From an uncultured virus (IMG/VR IMGVR_UViG_3300037156_000055) (lineage: Duplodnaviria; Heunggongvirae; Uroviricota; Caudoviricetes), in IMG/VR virus record IMGVR_UViG_3300037156_000055: 64,000 nucleotides of DNA. One strand, 5' to 3'. The position numbers and the translations under genes were made by a program. The number at the start of each line of letters is the position of its first letter. The stretch's first letter is position 1. The notes below the pieces were generated by a model that did not search any database, was not told the DNA's origin, and saw only the letters and a program-made list of their open reading frames with translations. Below are positions 48,595 to 60,071 of this stretch, in pieces.

Positions 48595-51233
48595 TGCCCA
48601 AACATTCGGCAGCATACCTTGCCCTTCCAATTCACCAAAGGTTAGTATTTGCGGCAACCCAGTACGATGCGAAGTTATCGGCTAAGGATGGTAACGTATA
48701 CCGTCTTGGTATCATCCTACGGGCCCTGCAGGCTATAGAGGACCATGACCCAGAGTACCGCCTATCATGCTGCGCGCATCATACGTTATTCGATAACTTC
48801 TCAGACAGGTTGCTTTCAGCATTTGAGAAGGAATTGGGATACAAGGTTAGTTATGGCCGGGGGTTTACTGATACCGCCCGGCGTCCCCTCACTTGCTCGA
48901 AAGAGGTTCTGTAATGAGTAAGATTCGCACCCTCATTTTCGAGGGGTTAGACTACAAGGTTGACGCATATGGTTGCATGATTGGCGAACATAAATTCGGC
49001 CATTTGCCCCTCCATGCTATCAGAGATTACGATACCTCTATAATTGCTAGTGATTGTTTCGGCGACGTTAGCGAATGGGGTTCCTACTGGTGGAAGGTTC
49101 CGAAGGTATATCATCATTCCCATACGCCGGACGCATACCAATACTATTACGAAACCTCGGATGGTTTCGTTTATGAGGTTTCGGCTAAGGAATGGGATGC
49201 AGAATGGGATGCGTACTGTAATGCGGCCAACGAACAAGAGGAACGTGATAACGCGATACTAGATGCCCAACAAACAATAGAGGAATTGGAAGAGGAAGAA
49301 AAAGGTCCCTGTGATTCCTGCAACAAGTCTTTCGTATCATTCGGTGGAATGTCGGCCGTAATTCACGAACAGGGATGCCCCCGCGAACACGCATTGAAGG
49401 ATGCGCGCACACACCTCGAACGTTTAGAGGATTACTAAAAATGGAATATACCCTTCCGCCAATTACCGATAGGCAAGCAGTAAACGTGGCCCGTAACACC
49501 TTGCACGAATTACTCTATGCTTCAGACATTGGGCCTACCGACAAGGTGCTACGTTCCTTGCACGAACGCGCGCAACCCAAGGAATCCGACATTCGTTCGG
49601 CTATTAAGGTCCTCGAACGTTTGCATGAGAAAATGCTAACGGAAGGAGTAGACTAAATGCGATACCGCACCCATGCCGACATGTCCTTCGTGAAGGATGC
49701 CCAAGGGTACACTACGCCGCAGGTTCGTAATCGCAAATACCGGGGGACCTATGTGTCCCCCGTTTCATTCGTTGACGTTTCATTCGAGGACGGTATACGT
49801 TACCCAATTACTGTGAGGGTTTTCTAATGCGCGGTACTGACATTATCTATTACACATACGAAGCGGACTCTCACTGTATCGCCTGCACGGTTGACAGGTT
49901 CGGTCCCGCCGATTCTCAATTCGTTGCGCCCCCGCACGGTTACGGTTATATCGAAACCCTGTCGGATGGATCGACCATTGAGTTAGACGAAAATATGGTT
50001 CGTATGAATTCGCGGGATGACGAAGGGAATTCTGTTCATCCTGCCTTCGCCTCGGATGAAGGACCGGACTATGCTAGTACCCTTTGCGGAACCTGCCAAC
50101 GAGTAATGTGTTTGTCATGCGGGACTACACAGGGCGAGGATACCGTGCCCGGCAATGGCAAAAACCGCATCGTAGAACAATGTTGGAATTGTCATACCTC
50201 CTTCAAAGACGAAGAGGAGGAAGAGGAAACCTTCTGTCCGCTATGTGAGGATGAAAAGTATAACGACGACGCATTTTGCAACGGAGGATACTGTCTCGCG
50301 CAGGATGATAAGCCGGATCATCCTCATACCTCGGGAACGTACTACGAAACCACATGCGAAGCTTGCGTGAATCACGCAAAGGCGAATTGGTCTACACATA
50401 AGGAGTAACACCTTGCCCGGACACAAAACCGCCCAATGGAAAAAGAGGATGAAGCCCAATACCCTCCCAGGGAGGGAAGGGAAAATGTCCGCTCGGTTCT
50501 ACGGTTGGGCGTATGAGGATTACAGTACGCACTATTGGCGGGGGTTGCAGGAAGTCCGCAACAAAAGCAACCGCTACAAAAACATCGACCACACTACTAT
50601 ACGCAAGTATGAGGAGGGTTAGCTAATGGGAGAGTTCATCGACCTTACCCCCGAGAGTCTTAAGACGCCGGAGGGTGCGGAGAAGGTTCGCAAGGCTATG
50701 GAATTGTGGCATGATTGGCAGGCGCGCGTCGCAAATGATTCGGCAGCATTCATACGCGCATTAGCAGGGAGAGACTAGTGGGTTACTATGGCGGAGAGTT
50801 AGTCTCGGGACGTTGTGAAGATTTTCCCTGTTGCGGACATACCGACGGCGACCCATGTCCGCAACCTTATGAGGTTCGCGGTACACTTGAGTACGCCTTA
50901 CACAAGGCTGAACAAGAATGGTATGCGGAGAACGCACGGGCTGAACGTCGTGCGATATACGACAACGCACCTTCTACTTGTGAGGAGTATTTCACGGAGC
51001 ATACCGAGGCGGAGGTTCTGAACTATCGCCTATATACTGGCGACGTTCAGCCGGGGTTCGAGGAAGCATACGAAACATACGAAGGACCGATGACATACGC
51101 AAAGCTTGTCTCGTTCCTGGTAGAGAATCACCGGGCGGACATATACTGCGATAAATGCCAAGAATGTATAGCAGAAGCAGCAGACAACGAAGCAGAATGG
51201 GAACGCGAACGCTACGAAAGGGATAACTACTAA
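48594..51233 (+). other. run of small acidic or Cys-rich early ORFs (48594-48914, 48914-49438, 49441-49656, 49827-50408, 50413-50622, 50778-51233)
   Basis: TAATG couplings, GGAG RBSs, Asp/Glu/Cys-rich products. Confidence 0.7.
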
Positions 51234-51901
51234 TGAAAACTGTAACGGTAGACTTGTATACCTACGCTGAATTGCCTACGGACAAAGCTAAAGAGAAGGC
51301 GCGCGAATGGTACCAAGAAGGTAACGATAACTCCGATGAATTGCTTGAATGGTTCGATAATGACCTACCCAATTATGGGTTCTGCGACATTGACAGAGAC
51401 AACATTACCTTTAACCTAAATTCATGCCAAGGTGACGGGTTCTCCTTCACGGGTAGCGTTTACATTGAGGACCTTCGCAAAGCATACGACGAAAAGCTTG
51501 TCGGAGATATTCAAGAACTGACAGCATACCCGGCGTTGTTCGCCGCGCATGACAAAATCAAGGCGCTAGGGTTCGACGTTGAAAGCATCCTCCTTAGTCG
51601 TAACAGGAACTACCATTACGTTCACAAGTATACCGTTGACGTTGACGTAGAATTTTATTGGTTCGCTAACGAGAACGAGGAGGACGTATCCGTTAATGAA
51701 GGCGTACAGGTTGCCGCAGGTGCGTTCGAGGACGCTATGACGGAAGTATTCCATGCGGTATGCGACCGATTCGAGGAAGCCGGATACGCTGATATTGATT
51801 ATCGCAATTCCGAGGAATGTATTGCGGACGCTATGGAAGCTAATGACTACCTGTTTACTGCGGACGGCAAACGTGCGTCCCGCATTATCGAAGAGGGATA
51901 A
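51233..51901 (+). CDS. acidic conserved phage protein
   Basis: LYTYAEL..KAKEKAREW, QGDGFSF, EANDYLFTADG motifs. Confidence 0.75.
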   Translation: MKTVTVDLYTYAELPTDKAKEKAREWYQEGNDNSDELLEWFDNDLPNYGFCDIDRDNITFNLNSCQGDGFSFTGSVYIEDLRKAYDEKLVGDIQELTAYPALFAAHDKIKALGFDVESILLSRNRNYHYVHKYTVDVDVEFYWFANENEEDVSVNEGVQVAAGAFEDAMTEVFHAVCDRFEEAGYADIDYRNSEECIADAMEANDYLFTADGKRASRIIEEG

Positions 51902-52376
51902 CTAACTAATGGCATACCTGCTAACAGTACTTGAACCCGGCAAGAAAGTACGCAAGCTTTGGGCCGGTAAAGGCGACCTTACCACTAAACGGATTTATGC
52001 AGTACAATACCCGGACGATAAACGCACCTACCTCGAAGAATGGTGCGTCGAATTGAACCGAGACAATCCTGGGTATGATTTTGCCATTAAGCATATTACC
52101 GGAGGCGAAAGCATTTATGGCTAAACCGCGCATGTCATTCGAGGAAGCTTGCCGTAGGTACGTTCACCGTTTCACTATGGACTACGTTCCCTCGTGGTCA
52201 CAAAGTACCGTCAACGCTACGGGCAAATACTACGCACCTCAATACCGGAGCGATGCAGAATGGTATCAGAACACCGTTTTCCCTCCGCATAGCATACTCA
52301 AGAATGACTGTTATTCCTCGGGCCAAACGTGGCCCCTTGGCCAATGGTTGACCGCGCCATACAAGAAAGAAGCGTA

Positions 52377-52805
52377 ATGGACTTTAGCAATTCGGATGAC
52401 ACCATTGACTCGCGTAGCGTTATCGAACGTATTACCGATTTAGAGGACGATATATATAACGTCCTACACCCAGGGGACGACGACGTTAGCGTTGACGAAA
52501 GTACCCTTGACGCTAATTCCCTTGCCGAATTGGAAGAACTGAAGGAAGAACTAGCTATCCTTAAAGCATTAGCCGATGAAGCATCGGACTACGCTTCGGA
52601 TTGGACATACGGAGAAACCTTAATCCGTGATAGCTACTTCGAGGACTACGCACAACAGTTAGCCGAGGATTGTTGTAACGTTGACTTCTCTAAGCTAACG
52701 TGGCCGCTAACCTGCATTGATTGGAAGCAGGCAGCGAAGGAACTGAAGTACGACTATGCCTCCGTTGACTATGACGGAGTTACATATTGGATTAGGAGTT
52801 GCTAA
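52377..52805 (+). CDS. ArdA-like antirestriction (DNA-mimic) protein
   Basis: Very acidic; FEDYAQQLAED..IDWKQAAKELKYDY resembles the ArdA C-terminal motif. Confidence 0.55.
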   Translation: MDFSNSDDTIDSRSVIERITDLEDDIYNVLHPGDDDVSVDESTLDANSLAELEELKEELAILKALADEASDYASDWTYGETLIRDSYFEDYAQQLAEDCCNVDFSKLTWPLTCIDWKQAAKELKYDYASVDYDGVTYWIRSC

Positions 52806-53315
52806 TGCTGCGTCTTAATATGGGTGGCCGCAAATGTCTTTAGCGGACCACGACCAGGAGACAATGCAGAAAGATTACGAATGGAACTTCTGGCGTCAAG
52901 TAGACACAGAGGAAGCACAACGGTTAGTAGACGAGAGTAACGACCTTTCGTATCTCGATGAAGAACACGACTTGCTAGACATAGCGTTAGGGACAAAGCA
53001 TGAGTAAGACGGGACCGATGACTTGGACCTATCGCGGGGTAGACGTATACCGGGCAGAACCTAACTCTTCGGGTATTCGTTGGTATGCCCGTACCAATAC
53101 CGGGTGGACTGTAGGCCCTACTTTGCGGGCCGATACCAAGGACGGTATGAAAGCACTAATCAGAGAGGCAATAGCTAATGCTAACTAAGACTGTTCAAGT
53201 GAAACGCTACAAGCTTACACGCTATCGGCACCTGTCTAATGAGACAGGTGCCTATGTTAGTTACTACCTGGAAGTTCCTTGGTATCCCGGTGTTCGTTAG
53301 TAAGGTTGTGAACGT

Positions 53316-53768
53316 ATGAATTACATTATTCTTGGCCTTTTTGATACACTAGAAGGGTGCAGTCTATACTGGTCTAATGACAATGGATGGGTAGACCGTG
53401 ATTCCGCTACTGTGTTTTCTCAGTTAGAACGTGATACGTTCGACCTTCCCCTTGAAGCTATAGGTTGGATGAAAGGTTGTGAACGTATGACTACTCTTGA
53501 GTTAGTGGAGGCATACGAGTATGCTGAACGTCGGCAAACGGATCATTATTACTACTGCTCAGACCAAAGGGATGAAGTAGGGTGTGATACCTGCGCCCGT
53601 AATAGTGACGAGGTTTACGCGGCCCGGAAAGCTATGAATGCTTCACCGGCCGCTAAGGAACTATACAATAGTGAAGAACGCAGGGCATACCGTCGCGCCG
53701 ATGCCCTAGCTTCTTCTCCCTACCACATTCACGACAACGATGCTGCATATGAAAGTGAGAATAGCTAA
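53316..53768 (+). CDS. hypothetical protein with probable internal start at 53487
   Basis: Duplicated 18-nt initiation cassette. Confidence 0.6.
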   Translation: MNYIILGLFDTLEGCSLYWSNDNGWVDRDSATVFSQLERDTFDLPLEAIGWMKGCERMTTLELVEAYEYAERRQTDHYYYCSDQRDEVGCDTCARNSDEVYAARKAMNASPAAKELYNSEERRAYRRADALASSPYHIHDNDAAYESENS

Positions 53769-54133
53769 TGCAAATTTCTGTAGTCATTACTGTCACCGGG
53801 GAAATGCTCGGTGCTGCTATGTGTTCCGCCGTTGAAGGTGGATCGACATACTGGTGCAGTGACATTCTCATACCGGAAGAAATTGCAGACAAGTATACCC
53901 ATTGGTACTACGACGAGAAGTTTTGGGAAGAGGAAACCTGCGGCTTTGACGTAACGGATGCCGAAGAAGGTAAGATTATCACTGTTACTCGTACCGCTAT
54001 TGCTAAGGGCGTGAAAATCATGGCAGAGAAGTACCCGGATCATTTCAATGACATGGTTAAGATGGAAGGGGATGCTAATACCGGGGACGTGTTACTTCAA
54101 TGCATGACGTTTGGGGAGGTTGTATACGGATGA
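53768..54133 (+). CDS. conserved acidic phage protein
   Basis: AVEGGSTYW..DANTGDVLLQC..FGEVVYG. Confidence 0.7.
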   Translation: MQISVVITVTGEMLGAAMCSAVEGGSTYWCSDILIPEEIADKYTHWYYDEKFWEEETCGFDVTDAEEGKIITVTRTAIAKGVKIMAEKYPDHFNDMVKMEGDANTGDVLLQCMTFGEVVYG

Positions 54134-55258
54134 AAGTCTATACTGTAATTGAACTTATCGAAGCTTCATACTCACCTATTAGCCTACGTGTTTTTCGTGA
54201 TAAATATAAAGCTCGCGAATTGTTTTATGCTTGCATGAAAGAGAATGATGCGCCCGAGGAAATTGGCGACCTTGCAGGTGCCAATGTTTGCTGCAGCACT
54301 ATATTCTTCGCCTATACCGATGACTACTCAGTGTCACTTATCGAAAGTGAACTGGACGATGGCTAGGCGTTCGCAACATACACTTACACATGGGCCTTGG
54401 TGTCCGTTCTATGAAGGCCCGATGAACCTTGACTGGTGGCGGGCGTACTACACTAGTAGAGGACGCAGCGACATTACTAACTATAAACCAAAGGAGCAAT
54501 TATCGTTATGTCTATAAAAGTCAACGGACACAAGACTGACGCTTGTATCCTTGCGTATGGTAATGTATCGGACGGCTTCGGTTTCATCGGGCCGTTCGCA
54601 ACCCCTAACGAAGCTATAGAATACGCGCAGGACTCTCGTCTAGATAAGGATGGATCATGGCATACGGTACCGCTAGATAAGCCGGTGTATGATGAAGCGA
54701 GTTGAAGTTGCTATCTGTACTATACTTATCATAGCCGGATTCCTCATACTCGCTATATTTCTACCTACTGCGCCACAATGAAAGGCCGAGAACATGGAAA
54801 CGAGTAACCACTACTACGCTGAAAGCGAAGGCATCTTATACGCTGATACTCCTTGGGGTCGCATCTGCGTAGGATTCAACGAGTCTGAGGCTATCGAAGG
54901 ACAGTTAATCACGCCTATCGTTAACGGGCCCGATCAACGCTTCTTATTTACAATCTATAATTGCGTCGGCAGCGAGGATGAGGAAGTTTTGATTAACGCA
55001 GCAGAGGAAGGCTATCAGCAGTACCTTGCAGAGAGGGCATTACTGTGACGTTATACTGTAACGATTGCGGGGAAGGATTCATCCCGCCCGGCGATCCTGA
55101 CCTGTACCAAATGACGAGTAGCTGCATCTGTCCTAGTTGTCTGCATGAAGCAGGCGACTGTATTCGTAGCTATAATGCTTGCGAGTTCTGCCGGGCTAAG
55201 CATAAGGACCATGACGAGAAAGTATTCTACTGCTGGTTCTGCCAGCATAAGGAGGACT

Positions 55259-56290
55259 ATGAAAGTAGCTAAAGACCCCGATGCATACGACGAAGAGACT
55301 GAGGGCTTCGGGGTTAAGTCTGAGCCCGTCATTACTGACGAGTTAGTAGCTGAAATTAAAGCGGCGCTAGACAATCCGAGTAACATACCCTATACTAACA
55401 AAGCTCCTCAGGAGCAGAAAGAAACCCCTATGGCTGAAAAAGTTAAGATCGACAACAGTAAGATTCGAGAACTGGACCCCCGCATCCTTAAGGTGCAACA
55501 GGGCTTCAATGCCCGTGACTATTCCACTAAAAGTAATATCGCTCATGTTAATGACCTCGCTGCCTCTATCAAAGAGGTTGGGGTACTTGAGTCCTTGGTT
55601 ATCCGTTATGAGCCTAAGACGGGTGAGTATTTCGTAGTCGGCGGCGAATCACGCCTTCGTGCTACGTTGCAAGCTATCAAGGATGGCGCACCTATTAAGA
55701 CGGTGCCGGTAACCTTCGAAAAGAAAGGTACTAACACCGAGGACCGCCTTGCAGAGCAGATGCTCCGCAACGAAGGCAAGCAATTCGAGATTCTGGAACA
55801 GGCACATATCTTCCAACAGCTTGCGAAGTTCGGTTGGAAGGATCAAGAGATTGCTAAGAAAACCGGCAAGACGGGACCGTTCGTTGGTTCAGTCCTCAAG
55901 CTTGCAGCAGCACCAGCTAAACTCAAGAAGCTAATTAGCGACGGTCAAGTTAGTGCTACCCTTGCCATTGATATTCTTCGCGGGCAAGAGTTTGACTTCG
56001 AGAAAGCATATGCAGCCCTCTCCGATGCTATCGCTACGGCGGCGGCAACCGGCAAGAATAAAGCAACCGCAAAGCATGTTGATCCCAAAGCGAAGAAAGC
56101 TAAAGCTGAAACGGGCACACCTCTTCACTTCCAACGCACTATCGTTAAGACGTTCATCGACGTACTCGCAGAGATTGCAGCCGATACCTCGCTTACCCGT
56201 GGTATCCGCAGCAAGTGCAAAGACGTACTTGAGAACGCAGACGTAGACGCTAAGGAATGGCTCAAAGAGAACGAAGAGGGCGAAAGATGA
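55259..56290 (+). CDS. ParB-like protein (ParB N-terminal domain plus HTH)
   Basis: GFNAR..LAASIKEVGVLESLVI..VVGGESRLRA; WKDQEIAKKTGKT HTH; GGAGG RBS at 55251; alternative start 55430. Confidence 0.85.
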   Translation: MKVAKDPDAYDEETEGFGVKSEPVITDELVAEIKAALDNPSNIPYTNKAPQEQKETPMAEKVKIDNSKIRELDPRILKVQQGFNARDYSTKSNIAHVNDLAASIKEVGVLESLVIRYEPKTGEYFVVGGESRLRATLQAIKDGAPIKTVPVTFEKKGTNTEDRLAEQMLRNEGKQFEILEQAHIFQQLAKFGWKDQEIAKKTGKTGPFVGSVLKLAAAPAKLKKLISDGQVSATLAIDILRGQEFDFEKAYAALSDAIATAAATGKNKATAKHVDPKAKKAKAETGTPLHFQRTIVKTFIDVLAEIAADTSLTRGIRSKCKDVLENADVDAKEWLKENEEGER

Positions 56291-56496
56291 ATAACCAACC
56301 GTCGATTGCAAGCGAGGTCTTTAAGGGCCTCTTCCTATTCTTCATCATGCTACCTGTTTGCCTATTCACCTTCATTGCCATACTCGGAGCTATATTCAAC
56401 TGCCCCGCCTGCTATGGAGGATAAGTGATATCTTATTGCATCCGTTGTGGCGACGAAAAGAACTCGCCCCACCGGCACCCAATACTGCTGGCATTG

Positions 56497-56616
56497 CTTA
56501 AAGGGCAAATAAGGCCCTAGGACGAGTTCGTGCCCCTCCGGGGGTACAATTCCCTATCCCACTACCTAACGTCGCTCACAGAGGCCAGGAATGGCCTTTC
56601 TGGGCATCCTAGAGAG
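56497..56616 (+). repeat. dispersed ~110-bp phased element (reference copy)
   Basis: Aligns without gaps to the reverse complement of 61635-61740 and largely to that of 2231-2340. Confidence 0.8.
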
Positions 56617-57570
56617 AATTGAAATGAAGAACTTTGATTCATGGTTGACTCACGATCCTGCGTCTGATTTTGAACTGCCCGAATTTCCTTTCGGGACGGT
56701 TGCATATATCACGCACGACGATTACCTGCCAGCGATGAAAACTGGAACAAAAGTTATCATTCTTCGTATCTCTGAAAACGATATGTATGACTATGAAATA
56801 GCACTGATAAATCTAGATGGGGATTGTGAAACAACTTTTGTTCGCTATGGCGACATAAACGTTCCTGATCCGCGTATCGACTACACCTGTTCAGGTTGTA
56901 GTAACTATCCATGTTGTTGTGAGGACTTCAATGAGTAAGGCAACCCAACGAAACGAGGAATGTAATGAAAGTTAGTGTCACGTTTAATGTTAGTGATTAC
57001 GAACGGTATCAGCTTGCATACTATAATCACCGCCAAGAATTTAGTCGTTCCGATTGGAACGCTAACCCGCGCAAAGCAACACGCGCTGAAATTGTCGATG
57101 CTATTGAAAGTGCTTGGGACAACGAAGGCTTAGTTATTGGTGATGAGTGTCCTAATTTCAATGATGACGGAACGACCGACCCGTTAAGGAGTGGAGACAA
57201 TGAGGAGGATGGTGAATGAGTAAGGCTGCATCTATATTTTTTGGGCTTGTTAGTTGGTTCTTGCAAGGCCGCAAAGTGCCGCGCTTGCACTATACTGAGA
57301 CATTAGTGAACCAGATCAATGCTGCGTGGTTCTCTGGCGAGAGCGGGCCACGAAGCACAGACTTCCCGCAATCACCATCTAAAGCTGCAATACGCAGGGT
57401 TCTTCTTCTAGCAGAAAGGTTACAATGACTGACAAGCTCAATGAAGAATTGCGGGCAGACCTCAAGAAGCTCCCTGAAGTAGAACTAGAACATGACGCAG
57501 GTAACGTACACATAGACTTGGATATTAAACCTGCTACCGAGTCAATCCAAGTGAAAGCGACTATCAAGCT

Positions 57571-58347
57571 ATGAACTTTGAAGAATACCTCGACTTCCTA
57601 ACGGAGTCGAATATGAGCATCCACACCATTAACGACTACCGCAGTACATACAAGCGGTTCTTTGCTCATGGTAGTATGAATGAAGGACACATTCGTTCAT
57701 TCCTAATGATTGCTAAGAGTGCAACTACTAAGCGCAAGTACATCGTTCAGTTGAAGAGTCTGTGCAACTTCTTCAACACCAAGATTGACTGGAAGAAAAT
57801 CCCCTCACCCAAAGTTAGACAAGAAGCTCCTCTCACGCTTACAGAACAGCATGAACGTCGAATCTATGACTACATGGAATACCGGGATCACAAGAGTGCG
57901 AAGATGTTCTCGTTTCTCTTAGAGACTGGCCTGCGTATCTCTGAATTAGAAGGACTCGGCCCCGATCACTACAAGAAGGTAGAGACTGCGGCGGGCAAGT
58001 TCTACCACGCTCTAAAGATCGACACAAGTATGGATACCCATAGTATCAATGGCCGGTGGGTGCCATTGTCAGTCACCGCCCGGCACATCATCGAGGAATT
58101 CGGGCTACCATTCAACATCGACCGACGCAGGTTCAACGATCTACTTATCTCAGCACGTACATCACTCAAGTTGCCTGACTACAAAATCCATTCACTACGC
58201 AAAACTTTTATGTCTCGCTGCCTCAAACGCAAGATGGACGTAGTAACGATTGCCAACATAATGGGACATAAGCAAGTAAACACGATGTTGGTATATGCTG
58301 ATAGAGAACTCGAAACGGTCTGTGACGCCTTCAACGAGGCAGCATAA
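57571..58347 (+). CDS. tyrosine recombinase / integrase
   Basis: LETGLRISE (R), HSLR (H-x-x-R), MGH, MLVY (Y). Confidence 0.92.
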   Translation: MNFEEYLDFLTESNMSIHTINDYRSTYKRFFAHGSMNEGHIRSFLMIAKSATTKRKYIVQLKSLCNFFNTKIDWKKIPSPKVRQEAPLTLTEQHERRIYDYMEYRDHKSAKMFSFLLETGLRISELEGLGPDHYKKVETAAGKFYHALKIDTSMDTHSINGRWVPLSVTARHIIEEFGLPFNIDRRRFNDLLISARTSLKLPDYKIHSLRKTFMSRCLKRKMDVVTIANIMGHKQVNTMLVYADRELETVCDAFNEAA

Positions 58348-59373
58348 AATAAATGTCATATAACAAATTAGGCCAACCTCAAAACGAGCATTGTTCCTTA
58401 TGTGAGGTAGTAAAATGAAGGCGTTGTCGTGCCCCGAGTGCCATAAGATATATGGCCCCTCCGTTACCGAGTGCCGCATGTGCAACTATTTCGCTGACGC
58501 ACGCAAGCAGAAGCACGATGATGGATTCTTCACAATGAAACTTCACCGATCAGATGCGGAGGCCGTTCAGCGTGCGCTCTATCTCATGCGCGAGAAGCCG
58601 GTTTGGGAGCGAGCGTCGTCGGTCGTTGAGGGCTGGCTCGGGATAGAATCCACATTCGAGCGGATCATCCACGCGGCCAAATGCGCGTTCGAGGTTAAAG
58701 CGTGAAAGAACGATACGATTACAATGCCATACAGTTGGCATACTGAAAGGAAATAATCATGGCGAGGATCAGCCTCTACTCTCAGTACTGCGCCGAACAG
58801 CGGCAACGTAAAATCACCAATGCCCAACGCGCAGGCAATGTCTTCTGGACCTTAGGAGCTATGCTTACAGGTCAGATCAAATCAGGACACGGTGACGGTG
58901 GCTTTGGTGGCCTTCATAACCCAATGAGCTACAGCACCTTCCTCTTCATATTCGTCATCGCTCCGATCCTGATTTTCATTACATTAGTATTGCACTAAGT
59001 GTTTGGAAGTCTTTACAATGAGTGGTTGAATGCAGACAGGGGAACTTAAGTAGATGAACTAACTTGCCAAAATGCCGGTAAAAGGAATTGCTGGCATTGC
59101 GAATGACCTCGTTATGAGGACGTTCTTCTTAGGCTATTCGCCTAGAGGTTGGTCTGCTTTGGTGGATTTTTCTGTAGATCAAGTATGTCTTTACAAATTA
59201 CTGCACGTTCGGATATTTGACTTCCTTGCCGTCAATCGCAAACCGGGGGCAATCATTTATTGGGAGCCCATTGAACTTGATCCGCGTGAGGCGTGGATAC
59301 CTGAGGACCCAATGGAAGTCGAACTCACGGAACTGCGAGTATTACGCCTCGCACGAATAGCATGAAGCAAAAT

Positions 59374-59411
59374 GAGCCGCCCTTTAGCAGGCGGCTTTCA
59401 TTTCTTTTTTT
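59374..59411 (+). terminator. intrinsic terminator
   Basis: AGCCGCC-N8-GGCGGCT followed by T-rich tract. Confidence 0.7.
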
Positions 59412-59681
59412 GAAAGTAAGTAACACATAATGCGTCCACTTATACTAGGCGATGAAGATCGCGCCGACCTGCTATTTGCAGTCAGGCGCTATCAGGAATG
59501 GAATGATGACGAGAACTTCGGTAAGATTGTAGACGAAGTTGAACGCATTGCTGAGAAACATGCGGCTGCACAACATAGGCAAACGTCAACGCATGGACTA
59601 GGTGCATGTACGTGCGTTAAGTTCGGGGCCGCTGGAAATGGCCTTTGGGATTCTAGTGGTTGCGGAGTACACGGAGACTAA

Positions 59682-60071
59682 ATGGAGATAGGATCGAAAC
59701 ATTTACGCGGGTTTGACTATGCAAGGCTAGGATCACAACGATCAGACTTCCCTGCAACACGTAAATGTGTGGGGGCAGCTTATGTTGATGGCCCGCGAAT
59801 TATTATTGCATCCAACATGCTAAAGACGGCCCCAATAGCAAAGCGTTACGGCAGCATTTACGAACGCATCCATGCGGAGATGAATTGCCTCCAAGGGATC
59901 GATGATCCCTCTGGCGGCGAACTCTATGTATACCGAGAAACGGCTAATGGAAATACCGCTATGGCTCGCCCATGTGAATTCTGCATGAAGCTACTAATAG
60001 AACGTGGTTGTCGCCACGTATATTTCACTACCAACACAGGGTACGAATACCTTGACACACGGAGTCTCTAA
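59682..60071 (+). CDS. cytidine/dCMP deaminase-family protein
   Basis: HAE and PCEFC zinc motifs. Confidence 0.85.
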   Translation: MEIGSKHLRGFDYARLGSQRSDFPATRKCVGAAYVDGPRIIIASNMLKTAPIAKRYGSIYERIHAEMNCLQGIDDPSGGELYVYRETANGNTAMARPCEFCMKLLIERGCRHVYFTTNTGYEYLDTRSL

